Source of the DNA: an uncultured Clostridia bacterium
GTDB taxonomy: Bacteria; Bacillota; Clostridia; TANB77; CAG-508
NCBI GenBank assembly: GCA_963558405.1
Contig: CAUWGC010000005.1
Location: forward strand, 833 to 64,832
Reading direction: 5' to 3'
DNA length: 64,000 bases
Shown here piece after piece: positions 18,330 to 27,911 of this stretch. A program made the translations under genes and the position numbers. The first letter of the stretch is position 1; every line of letters begins with the position of its first letter. The notes below the pieces were generated by a model. The model made no database searches. It was given only the letters and a program-made list of their open reading frames with translations, and was not told where the DNA came from.

Positions 18330-20009
18330 TTATGGATAATAATAAATAATATAATCGCCTACTTTTTCATTTAAAAAATTTCTTTCTTCAAATTCTTGTA
18401 TTAAATTTTCTGAAGGATATTTTAATACATAAACAGTATCATAATTATATTCTTGTATGTTATAAAAATAATATTTATCATAACTTGACAATTTATTACC
18501 TGAATTTCTTCTAATGCTATTTTTAAATTCTTCTGGTTTCATTTTATTTGATATTAATGTATATATATATGGTTCTTTTTTGTAATAACTTGAATTATGT
18601 GTTCTTAATTCCATATGTACTTTTTTATCTTTATATTTATCTTGTTTATTTATATAATCCGTAATTTCTTCTATACTATCATCAAAATAGGTATTATAAG
18701 TAGAATCTATATTGTTTTTAAATTCATAAAAGTAATATATTTCAAAAATAATAAAATGTATTATATATAATGCTACTAATAGCCACAATAATTTTGGAAA
18801 TTCTTTAGAAAAATATACAATACCTATCATTGTAAAATATATCATTGGTATAAAAATAGCATTTGCTTTATTTACTTTAGGTTCTATAATTATAAGCATA
18901 CATATAACTGAAGCTATAAATTGGAATAACATTATACAATCAAATTTAAATTTTTTCTCTTTTATATTTTTACATACATTTATAATTGATTCCAATAATC
19001 CAATTATAGTAAAAGGAATAGAAATATAGTATAGTGTTCCAAATCCATCTGGAACATTATAAATCATGTTATCTCCAAAAAATAATATTATTGGTAAATA
19101 TAGATTTTCTTTAATATTTTTAATACTTATTTCTCCAATTCTATACATTGGTAATTCTGGAATACTAAAAAATGGAATATTAATTTTAGGAACTATGTGG
19201 TTATTTAGTAAAATCATATATATTAATGGTAACGCAAATATAAAAATTGGTATTCCAAGAAAAATAATATTTTTCCATGTTATCTTTTTTAAATATAACA
19301 AATATACTAATGTCATTGCTAGAAAAATAGGAATTATTATATAAGATAAAGCATATGTATATAAAGTAATTCCAATAACTATTCCCGCTCCAACATATCC
19401 TAAAGGACTTTTTGCTTTACTAAAAGCAAAAAGTGAGAATACTAAAAATGATGATAGTAGATTACAATCTAATCCCCATCTTGCTTGCATTATATGCCAT
19501 GGATTTATTGCCATTAAAAATAGAAAAATTATTGCCATTTTAGTATTTTTAAATTTCTTTACACGAAAATACATTGTAATCATTGCTAAAATAGATATTG
19601 TAGCGATGGGTAATCTAATTGCCCAAGTATTTATTCCAAAAATCCCCACAAAAATGCTTGTAATATATGTGCATAAAGCACTTTGTCCTTGTCCAAAATT
19701 TGTAAAGTATAACGGATGTTCCTCTCCATAACGATCTGTTCCATATTTTGCAATGCAATATGAATCATATGCCATTCCTGCTTCGTCTATGTGAAGTCCC
19801 TTTGGAATATTACCAATTTCCACTACTCTAACTAAAATTCCTATTGTTAATATTATAATGAATAATCTTTTTTTATTTTTTTCTATCCATTCATCTAGTT
19901 TTGTATTAATATCATTTTTTTTAGTTACTTTTTTTATAAATTGAATACAAATCATTAATATAATTATAATAATTGAACATACCGATACTGTTTCTATCAA
20001 ATTAATCAC
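18330..20009 (-). CDS. GT-C family membrane glycosyltransferase (PMT/ArnT-like, GT39/GT83)
   Basis: First-loop motif GLHIDEAGMAYDSY (DE motif), followed by 10+ TM helices. Confidence 0.6.
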   Translation of the reverse strand: MINLIETVSVCSIIIIILMICIQFIKKVTKKNDINTKLDEWIEKNKKRLFIIILTIGILVRVVEIGNIPKGLHIDEAGMAYDSYCIAKYGTDRYGEEHPLYFTNFGQGQSALCTYITSIFVGIFGINTWAIRLPIATISILAMITMYFRVKKFKNTKMAIIFLFLMAINPWHIMQARWGLDCNLLSSFLVFSLFAFSKAKSPLGYVGAGIVIGITLYTYALSYIIIPIFLAMTLVYLLYLKKITWKNIIFLGIPIFIFALPLIYMILLNNHIVPKINIPFFSIPELPMYRIGEISIKNIKENLYLPIILFFGDNMIYNVPDGFGTLYYISIPFTIIGLLESIINVCKNIKEKKFKFDCIMLFQFIASVICMLIIIEPKVNKANAIFIPMIYFTMIGIVYFSKEFPKLLWLLVALYIIHFIIFEIYYFYEFKNNIDSTYNTYFDDSIEEITDYINKQDKYKDKKVHMELRTHNSSYYKKEPYIYTLISNKMKPEEFKNSIRRNSGNKLSSYDKYYFYNIQEYNYDTVYVLKYPSENLIQEFEERNFLNEKVGDYIIYYYP

Positions 20010-20012
20010 CCT

Positions 20013-21047
20013 TTAATCTTTATCATATTTATATCCCAAATGACTATATGCATCTGGAAGTGCAATTCTTCCTCTTGGAGTACGAGAAATAAATCCTATT
20101 TGCATTAGGTATGGTTCATATACATCTTCTATTGTCTCTAGTTCTTCTCCTGTACTTGCAGATAAAGCTTCTATTCCTACTGGTCCACCACCATATTTTT
20201 CTATCATAGTACTTATTAATCTTCTATCTATCTCGTCTAATCCTAATTCATCTATCTCTAATTTATTTAATGCTATTTTTGCAATTTCTAAAGTAACATT
20301 TCCATCTGCTAATACTAATGCATAATCTCTAACCCTTTTTAAAATTCTATTAGCAATTCTAGGTGTTCCTCTAGATCTTCTAGCTATTTCTCTTGCCGCT
20401 TCTGGTTCAATACAAATTCCTAAAATATTACTAGAACGGTCTACTATTTTTTGCAAATCTTCTGGTGAATATAATTCTAGACGTTCAACTATTCCGAATC
20501 TATCTCTAAGAGGAGTTGTTAAAGATCCAGCCTTAGTAGTAGCACCAATTAAAGTAAATTTAGGCAAATCTAAACGAATAGACCTAGCACTTGGTCCTTT
20601 TCCTATAATAATATCTAAAGTGTAATCTTCTAAGGCAGGGTATAAGATTTCCTCTACTGATTTACTAAGCCTATGAATTTCATCAATAAATAACACATCA
20701 AAAGGAGATAAGTTTGTAAGTAATGCAGCTAAATCTCCTGGTTTTTCTATAGCTGGTCCTGAAGTAATTTTTATGTTAGAATTCATTTCATTTGAAATAA
20801 TATTAGAAAGTGTTGTTTTTCCTAATCCAGGTGGTCCATATAATAAAACATGGTCTAAAGGTTCTCCTCTTTTTTTTGCAGCTTCTATATATACTTTCAT
20901 ATTTTCTTTTACTTTTGTTTGTCCAATATATTCTGATAAAGTTTTTGGTCTTAAAGTAGTTTCTAATCGTTCTTCTTGAATATCTTCAAGTTCTGGATTA
21001 ATAATTTTATTTTCGTCCATTTTAATCTCCTTTATTATCATATACAT
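20013..21047 (-). CDS. ruvB: Holliday junction branch-migration ATPase RuvB
   Basis: [17 protein letters not shown] Walker A, RuvB-typical arginine-finger region; about 340 aa. Confidence 0.95.
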   Translation of the reverse strand: MYMIIKEIKMDENKIINPELEDIQEERLETTLRPKTLSEYIGQTKVKENMKVYIEAAKKRGEPLDHVLLYGPPGLGKTTLSNIISNEMNSNIKITSGPAIEKPGDLAALLTNLSPFDVLFIDEIHRLSKSVEEILYPALEDYTLDIIIGKGPSARSIRLDLPKFTLIGATTKAGSLTTPLRDRFGIVERLELYSPEDLQKIVDRSSNILGICIEPEAAREIARRSRGTPRIANRILKRVRDYALVLADGNVTLEIAKIALNKLEIDELGLDEIDRRLISTMIEKYGGGPVGIEALSASTGEELETIEDVYEPYLMQIGFISRTPRGRIALPDAYSHLGYKYDKD

Positions 21048-21083
21048 AAAACTGTCTGTTCTGCATTAGAACAGACTGAAGTT

Positions 21084-21782
21084 TTATTTTGTTATTACTT
21101 CTATATTATATCCTATAAAAAGACCACTTTCTAATACTCCTGTAATGTTTTTTATTTCTTTTTCTAAGTTTTCGTAAATATTAGCAAACTTAGTATCTAG
21201 AATAAAATTTCCGTTTTCAGTAATAACAGGTCCATCTTTTTCTTTTGCTAAACGTAAATTAATATCTGTTGCTCCTAGTTTTATTAGTTTTTCTTTTACC
21301 ATATATAAAGAATCTGGAAATATTTCAATAGGAATTGGAAATTTTTCTCCTAAATTTTCTACAAATTTTGTCGAATCAGCCAAAATATATGTTTTACAAG
21401 ATGCTTTAATATTTAGCTTTTCCTTAAACATAGCAGCTCCTCTTCCTTTTATTAACCAACCTTCTTTGTTTATTTCATCTGTTCCATCAAAACACCAATC
21501 TGGTCTTTTTTCAAATAATGAAATAGTTTTTATTCCTAAGCTACTACATAACATTTTTATTTCATAAGATGTAGGTATTCCTTGTATTTGTAATCCTTCT
21601 TCTTTAATTCTTTTTTCTAATTCTAAAACTGTTAAAAAAGATGTAGACCCTGAACCAAAACCAATAACATCACCATTTTTTGCAATATTTGCTATTTTTT
21701 TAGCAATTTGTATTTTTTCTTCTTTTAAACTTATCTCCTTACCAAACTCACTTTGTTGTATTACTTCTTTATTCCACTCCAT
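21084..21782 (-). CDS. rpiA: Ribose-5-phosphate isomerase A
   Basis: GFGSGSTSF and DGTDE motifs; 232 aa. Confidence 0.8.
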   Translation of the reverse strand: MEWNKEVIQQSEFGKEISLKEEKIQIAKKIANIAKNGDVIGFGSGSTSFLTVLELEKRIKEEGLQIQGIPTSYEIKMLCSSLGIKTISLFEKRPDWCFDGTDEINKEGWLIKGRGAAMFKEKLNIKASCKTYILADSTKFVENLGEKFPIPIEIFPDSLYMVKEKLIKLGATDINLRLAKEKDGPVITENGNFILDTKFANIYENLEKEIKNITGVLESGLFIGYNIEVITK

Positions 21783-21860
21783 ATTTTCCTCCAGTTATTT
21801 TATATTTTATATTATTCTATATTTTCTTTATTTTATTGTCAAGCTTTGTTTTTTATATAG

Positions 21861-22952
21861 TTAGTCTGCAATAAATTCTAGCACTCTAGCTACTAAATGT
21901 TCTGGCTTTGATGGTTTTACCAGTTTTAGAGTTGTTATTTCATTAAGCATAATATCATAATTTTTTTGTAAAATGTAATCTTCTCTTCCCAGTATTTTTC
22001 TTGTTTGATTATTTACTTCTACTAATATATTAAAACTAACATTATCTTTTCCAGTTTTAAACCAAATTAAAGTATTTCCATTTTCTCCTTTTTCTTTTTT
22101 TACAATGCTACCATCTATCTGTTCTTGCTCTAATAATTCTTTTTTTATTTTATTTATATCATCCTTTTTTACCACATTTATTTCATAAGCTTTAAGCCAT
22201 CCATCCATAAAATCTCCTGTGGTTTCTATTTGGTCTCCCACTTGTAAATCAGATAATTTCATTAAGCTATTGTTTTCTTCATTTTTTATTACCAATTCAT
22301 TACTTAAATGTATTTTAGCATTTTCTACTGGATTTATTCCATATGCATTTTCTATGTATTCTAATCCTCCCTCTATTGTAATTGTATCATTACTTTTATC
22401 TGTAATATATCCTTTTAAATATTTTTTCTCTAATGGTAAGTCCATAACAACATCTTGTAGTGTAGTCCCTTTATGCGTTATATAAAAATGTAAATAATAT
22501 ATTTGAGGATTTTTATAACTATCCATTGTATAATATAACATCATATTTTTATATTCTACTTTACTAACCATATATTTAGAAACAGTTGCAACAATAATTG
22601 TTTTATCATTTAATTTATTATACAAATTTTCTACAGCATAGTCTGGAATATTAAAGTCATAAATAAATTGTTTAATATTATCATCATTTTCTAGTAAAAT
22701 TTGATATACCTCTGAATCTTTATTTTTTTGCATCTTATCTTGATATTTTATGGGTATATTAGTTACAGTAGAAAAAATTTGAAATTCTTCATGAGTAGTC
22801 ATAGATGCATTTTTTTCTTTTTGAATAATTTTATTCATTTGTTCTATTGTTTTATCTTCTTTATTGTCACTTGTTGTTTTAAATACAGTTGCCAATACAA
22901 TAATAGCAACTAGTACAATACAAATGCTAAAAATAATATACCATTTTTTCAT
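21861..22952 (-). CDS. Membrane-anchored hypothetical protein
   Basis: Single N-terminal TM helix (YIIFSICIVLVAIIVLATVF); no motif recognised. Confidence 0.5.
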   Translation of the reverse strand: MKKWYIIFSICIVLVAIIVLATVFKTTSDNKEDKTIEQMNKIIQKEKNASMTTHEEFQIFSTVTNIPIKYQDKMQKNKDSEVYQILLENDDNIKQFIYDFNIPDYAVENLYNKLNDKTIIVATVSKYMVSKVEYKNMMLYYTMDSYKNPQIYYLHFYITHKGTTLQDVVMDLPLEKKYLKGYITDKSNDTITIEGGLEYIENAYGINPVENAKIHLSNELVIKNEENNSLMKLSDLQVGDQIETTGDFMDGWLKAYEINVVKKDDINKIKKELLEQEQIDGSIVKKEKGENGNTLIWFKTGKDNVSFNILVEVNNQTRKILGREDYILQKNYDIMLNEITTLKLVKPSKPEHLVARVLEFIAD

Positions 22953-22991
22953 AGTTTATCACCTAACCTTGATATTTTAATTTGAAATCAC

Positions 22992-24440
22992 TTAATTAGC
23001 TACATGATGTGTTACCATTGAAGTAGACATAGTTATTTTTTCAAAAGAATATCCATTTGTTCTTCCGTAATCTATAATGTCTGAAATTGCATTTAAAGTA
23101 TAAGTATTTCCTGCCTTATCGTGCATGAGAACTACATTGGCTCTATTCTTTCTTAATCCATTTATTACATTTTTATATACGCCATCTTTACTTGTAGTTT
23201 CACCTGCATCTCCAGAACTTACATTCCAATCAAAATACCTATAACCTTTTCCTACAACTAATCTTGTTAATCTTGTCATAATTCCTTTATTAAATGAACT
23301 AACTGTGTTTGAACTTCCTCCTGGGAATCTAGATATATATGTATCAACTCCTGTTGAGTTTTTTATTTTTTGTCTTAATTGTTCTAAATTATTTATATAG
23401 GCATTCTCTGAAGCATATATCTTTTTATAATCATGAGAATATCCATGTATTGCAATTGTATGACCTTCTGCAGCCATTCTTTTTATTAAATACTCCTTAT
23501 TTGAATCATAATTTACTATAAAAAAAGTTGCTTTTACATTTTTTGCTTTTAATATATCTAATAATTTTGGAGTAATATCATTACTTGGTCCATCATCAAA
23601 AGTTAGATAAATTGTACCTGCTGTACCTGCATTTGTATTTCCTGTATCTGTTGCTGTATTTGAAAGTACTGTTACAGTTAAGTCCTTTTGTGCAATATTT
23701 CCACTTTTATCTTTTACTTGATAAGAAATAGTATAATCTCCTGGCTTAGAAGTGTCTACATTTCCTCTTATTTCTATCATAGAAGTTAAGTCTCCATCTA
23801 CCTCATCTGTTGCAGTTGCTCCTTGCTCTTTATATGTTTGACCTTGTTTAATAAAAATTATATCCGAATTTGTATTTAATTGAATAACCGGTGGAATGTC
23901 ATCAACTTTTTCAACTATTCTTTCTACAATTGTTTGATTTCCAGACGTATCTATACTGATATAAATGTACTTATCCGTAGTATCATTAACAGAACTTTTT
24001 TGTACAGATACTTTATTAGTAATATCTCCGTCATAATTATCTACTGCTGTATATCCTAATTCTTCATAATTTTCTTTGTATGAAATTTTAACAAAATCTC
24101 CTCCATTTAGAGTGATTTTAGGTCCGTTAGTATCTACTACTTCATATGTTTTAGTGTATTCTCTTTTTATATACTTATATTTTAATTGATAAACTACTTC
24201 ATAAGTACCTAATTTAGAAGAATCAACTCCTTTTATAACCTTAATATACTCAGAAATATCTTTTCCATGATAAGTTACCTTAGGTATTTCATATTCCACA
24301 TTAGAATTTGCTTCTACTTTTATTATATCTTTTGAAAACTCTACAACTGGTTTTTGAAAAATATACATTCCTAATATTAAAATTATCGCTAAAAATATAA
24401 TAATAATTGCTATAATTAATACAACTTCTCTTTTTTTCAT
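22992..24440 (-). CDS. Membrane-anchored polysaccharide deacetylase (NodB domain) with Ig-like repeats
   Basis: TFDDGPS motif, HGYSHD, N-terminal TM anchor, two repeated Ig-like blocks. Confidence 0.75.
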   Translation of the reverse strand: MKKREVVLIIAIIIIFLAIILILGMYIFQKPVVEFSKDIIKVEANSNVEYEIPKVTYHGKDISEYIKVIKGVDSSKLGTYEVVYQLKYKYIKREYTKTYEVVDTNGPKITLNGGDFVKISYKENYEELGYTAVDNYDGDITNKVSVQKSSVNDTTDKYIYISIDTSGNQTIVERIVEKVDDIPPVIQLNTNSDIIFIKQGQTYKEQGATATDEVDGDLTSMIEIRGNVDTSKPGDYTISYQVKDKSGNIAQKDLTVTVLSNTATDTGNTNAGTAGTIYLTFDDGPSNDITPKLLDILKAKNVKATFFIVNYDSNKEYLIKRMAAEGHTIAIHGYSHDYKKIYASENAYINNLEQLRQKIKNSTGVDTYISRFPGGSSNTVSSFNKGIMTRLTRLVVGKGYRYFDWNVSSGDAGETTSKDGVYKNVINGLRKNRANVVLMHDKAGNTYTLNAISDIIDYGRTNGYSFEKITMSTSMVTHHVAN

Positions 24441-24565
24441 ATTTTGACACCTTTTTATTTTATATTTAATTTAATTTTATTTTATCACTATTTTTTATTA
24501 TAGTCATCTCTTAATTTAATTTTTATTTAAAATTTTATATTATGTATAAATTTAGCAAAAAATAA

Positions 24566-24601
24566 GAAATAATAATATTTTGAATACTATTATTTCTTGT
24601 T
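24566..24601 (-). terminator. Hairpin AAGAAATAATA-loop-TATTATTTCTT with T-run, downstream of spoIIP
   Basis: Perfect 11-bp inverted repeat seen directly. Confidence 0.4.
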
Positions 24602-24613
24602 GTTTAATATTTT

Positions 24614-25802
24614 TTATTTTAAAACTTCATCTAACACCTTTGCTAAATATTTCATGCTAATCATAGTTTCTTCTAGTGTGTTTCCGGTTGCACCGACTTC
24701 TATAATACTTGCTGCTTTTCCTAAGTTTTGATTATATCTAGAATTTCTTACCATTATTGGTTTAAATAGTCCTGGATATAATTCATTTGCCTTTTTAACT
24801 ACTTTTACAGCAAAGCTTAAATTTTGTATCCAATTAGGATGATATAATCCACCTCCATTTGTTCCTATTACAAACATTAATTGTGCCGCATATTCATCGC
24901 CTATTTTTACTTTTGGTGCATATGTATTATCTCCTACAGCATCTCTATGTAAATCTATTATAATATCTACATCAGGATTTGATTTTAGCTCATTTTCTAC
25001 TGATGTGTAAGAACGGTCATAAGAACCATTGTAAGCAGGATAATCATGATAATTTTGATTGTGTATTACTTGCCTTCCTTGTTCTTCTAAGTATTTTTTT
25101 AATTCCATTCCATTTCTAGCTACTGAATGATTTAAATCTATTGTTCTAAAAGTACCGTGATGATTGATATTCATAGCCGGGACTTGGCGTGTAACTTTCA
25201 CAAGTATGTGTATGAAATAACAATATTTTATTTTTATTAACTTGTATATTCATATCTAGCATGTCTTCTGTTATAGTATTATCTGATTCATTTTTTATAT
25301 TAACACCATAACAAGTCATTGTATATTTATTATTTGCTGTATTATTTTCTGTAACAACTTCTGTTGGTAGTCCTGTTTTAGCTTCTTCAATTTTTTCTTG
25401 CTCTTGTTTTTCTTCTTGCTTTTCAGGTATATCTTCCACTTTTGTTTCAACTTCTTCCGTTTCATCTTTTTTTATATTTTCCGTCATAGCGAGTCCTACT
25501 GTCATAATTTTTAATAATGGAGATTCTTTTTCTTCCATTATAGCCTCATCTTGCATTATTTCCTTATTTTTGTCTTGTATAATTTTTATGCCTGGGACAA
25601 CACGTTCAAAGCAAAAAAAATATGGTTCTTTTACGTTATTTTTGGTTTCTTCCTTTACTTTTTCAATATTAGATGTAATTTCTTCTTTTTCATTATTATT
25701 ATTTAAAAATCTAGTAAGCCCAAATATAGAAAATACTATTATCATTACACTTACTAGATATTTTACTAAATCTTTAATATTAACAACCGTAATATTTAAC
25801 AT
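24614..25802 (-). pseudogene. spoIIP: Stage II sporulation protein P, split by a frameshift near 25146-25201
   Basis: Upstream ORF (25146..25802) has the TM anchor and LLFHTHTCESYTPSPGYEY, then runs out of frame to a stop. Downstream ORF (24614..25201) carries HGTFRTIDLN...IIIDLHRDA, the SpoIIP C-terminal region, in another frame. Confidence 0.7.
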
Positions 25803-25914
25803 ATTTTCTCCTTTGTCAATTTAAGCTATATAACTATATATATTCAAAAAAATCAAAAATATGTTAAAATACCTATTATCTTTGTAAAATAAAATAAATC
25901 TACATTATGTAGAT

Positions 25915-27237
25915 TTATTTTATTTCTTTAATTGCCTCTTCCAATGTAACTTGTTCTTGTTCTCCTGTTTTCATATTTTTAATCATTACTTTTTCTTTTT
26001 CTATTTCTTCTTCTCCAATTACTATTGTGTATGGCACTTTTATTTTATCTGCATATTTAAATTTAGCTTTTAATTTTTTATCATTTAAATATACTTCTGT
26101 TTTTATTGCTTCTTTACGTAATTTTGTTGCAATTTCAAAACATTTTTCTATTTCATTATTTGATGCAGGTAAAACTAATACTTTTGCAATAGATTCTTCC
26201 TCTTTTTTAAGAATATCTAATTCATTTAATTTATAGAATAATCTTGTAAGACCAATAGAAATTCCAACTCCTGGTAGTTTTTGGTTTGTATAAAACTCTG
26301 CTAAATTTTCATATCTTCCCCCAGAACAAATACTACCAATTTGTCTGTATTCTTTTAAAAATGTTTCATATACTGTACCTGTATAATAATCTAATCCTCT
26401 TGCTATTGTTAAATCAATTTTAAAATTATTTTCTGGTATTCCAAATATACGAATATATTTTACAACTTCTTTTAATTCATTAAGACCTTCTTTAAAAGTA
26501 TTAGATTCAATTTTCATGTTTTCTAATTTATTACATATTTCATCTGTACTACCTTTTATTTCCATAAATTCTAAAATAGTATTAATTGAACTATTATCAA
26601 TTTTTAGGTCTTCAAATTCTTCAATAATCGCTTCTTTTCCTATTTTTTCAATTTTATCTATAATTCTCATAATATCAGTGGAAATATTATTAAGTGATAA
26701 ACTTTCAAATAATCCATTTAATAGTTTTCTATTATTAATACAAATAACAAAATCACCTAGTCCTAATTTTTTAAATACTTCATATATTATGCTAGGTATT
26801 TCTGCATCATGAGCTAAACTTAATTCTCCATCACCTATAATATCAATATCACATTGATAAAATTCACGAAATCTACCTGCTTGAGCTCTTTCTCCACGAT
26901 ATACTTTTCCTATTTGATAACGTCTAAAAGGAAAACTTAATTCGTTTTGATGCATTGCTACGTATTTAGCAAGTGGTACAGTTAAATCAAAACGCAAAGA
27001 TAAATCTGTATCTCCCTTTGTAAAACGGTATATTTGCTTTTCTGTTTCTCCTCCTGCTTTTGCAAGTAGAACTTCTGAAAGTTCCATTACTGGTGTATCT
27101 AATGGTAAAAATCCAAATTTTTCATATGTAGATCTAATTGTATCTATCATTTGATTAAATAAAATTTGTTTATCTGGTAATAATTCCATAAATCCAGATA
27201 AAGTTCTTGGTTTTGTAATTTGTCTTTTTTCTTCCAT
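25915..27237 (-). CDS. hisS: Histidine--tRNA ligase
   Basis: Class II aaRS motifs (FRRYQIGKVYRGERAQAGRFREFYQCDIDIIG) and C-terminal anticodon-binding domain; 440 aa. Confidence 0.9.
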   Translation of the reverse strand: MEEKRQITKPRTLSGFMELLPDKQILFNQMIDTIRSTYEKFGFLPLDTPVMELSEVLLAKAGGETEKQIYRFTKGDTDLSLRFDLTVPLAKYVAMHQNELSFPFRRYQIGKVYRGERAQAGRFREFYQCDIDIIGDGELSLAHDAEIPSIIYEVFKKLGLGDFVICINNRKLLNGLFESLSLNNISTDIMRIIDKIEKIGKEAIIEEFEDLKIDNSSINTILEFMEIKGSTDEICNKLENMKIESNTFKEGLNELKEVVKYIRIFGIPENNFKIDLTIARGLDYYTGTVYETFLKEYRQIGSICSGGRYENLAEFYTNQKLPGVGISIGLTRLFYKLNELDILKKEEESIAKVLVLPASNNEIEKCFEIATKLRKEAIKTEVYLNDKKLKAKFKYADKIKVPYTIVIGEEEIEKEKVMIKNMKTGEQEQVTLEEAIKEIK

Positions 27238-27250
27238 ATTATATTCTCCT

Positions 27251-27898
27251 TTATATTTTTCTTGGTCCTAATTCTAAGTAAATAGGTTCTTCTTCTCTTA
27301 CCATAGTTGATTTTCCATGTCCTGGATAAATTATGACATCATCTGGAAGTATCATTAATTTGTATGCAATAGAATGAATGATGTCTTCAAAACTTCCTGT
27401 AGGTAAATCTGTTCTTCCCCAAGTTCCATTAAAAATGGTATCACCCGAAAACAGTAATTTTTCTTCTTTACAATAAAGGCATGTGCTTCCTTTTGTATGA
27501 CCTGGAGTATGAATAACTTTAAACTCTATATTTCCTATATGGATTAAATCTTCATCATCTACTCTAGAGTCAGCTTCTAGCTCTATATTTTCCATTCCTA
27601 TATAATCTGTTAAAGTAATATTTTTGTCACTTAATCCTTCTGCATCAATACGATGAATTAAAACTTTTCCACCCATTTTATTTTTTAAATCTTTTACTCC
27701 ACCTATATGGTCTCCGTGACAATGTGTTAAATAAATATATTTAAGTCTTGCATCTAAAATTTCTAACATCTCTATTATTTTATCAGCTTCACCTGCTGGA
27801 TCAATTACTATTGTTTCTTTTGTATTTTCTTCTTGAATAATATAACAATTAGTTGATTCTCCTAAATTTGTATTTATCTTTAGAACTTTTAATATCAT
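27251..27898 (-). CDS. MBL-fold metallohydrolase
   Basis: HCHGDH metal-binding motif; the conserved position between rel and hisS in clostridia. Confidence 0.8.
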   Translation of the reverse strand: MILKVLKINTNLGESTNCYIIQEENTKETIVIDPAGEADKIIEMLEILDARLKYIYLTHCHGDHIGGVKDLKNKMGGKVLIHRIDAEGLSDKNITLTDYIGMENIELEADSRVDDEDLIHIGNIEFKVIHTPGHTKGSTCLYCKEEKLLFSGDTIFNGTWGRTDLPTGSFEDIIHSIAYKLMILPDDVIIYPGHGKSTMVREEEPIYLELGPRKI

Positions 27899-27911
27899 TT
27901 TAAACCTCTTC

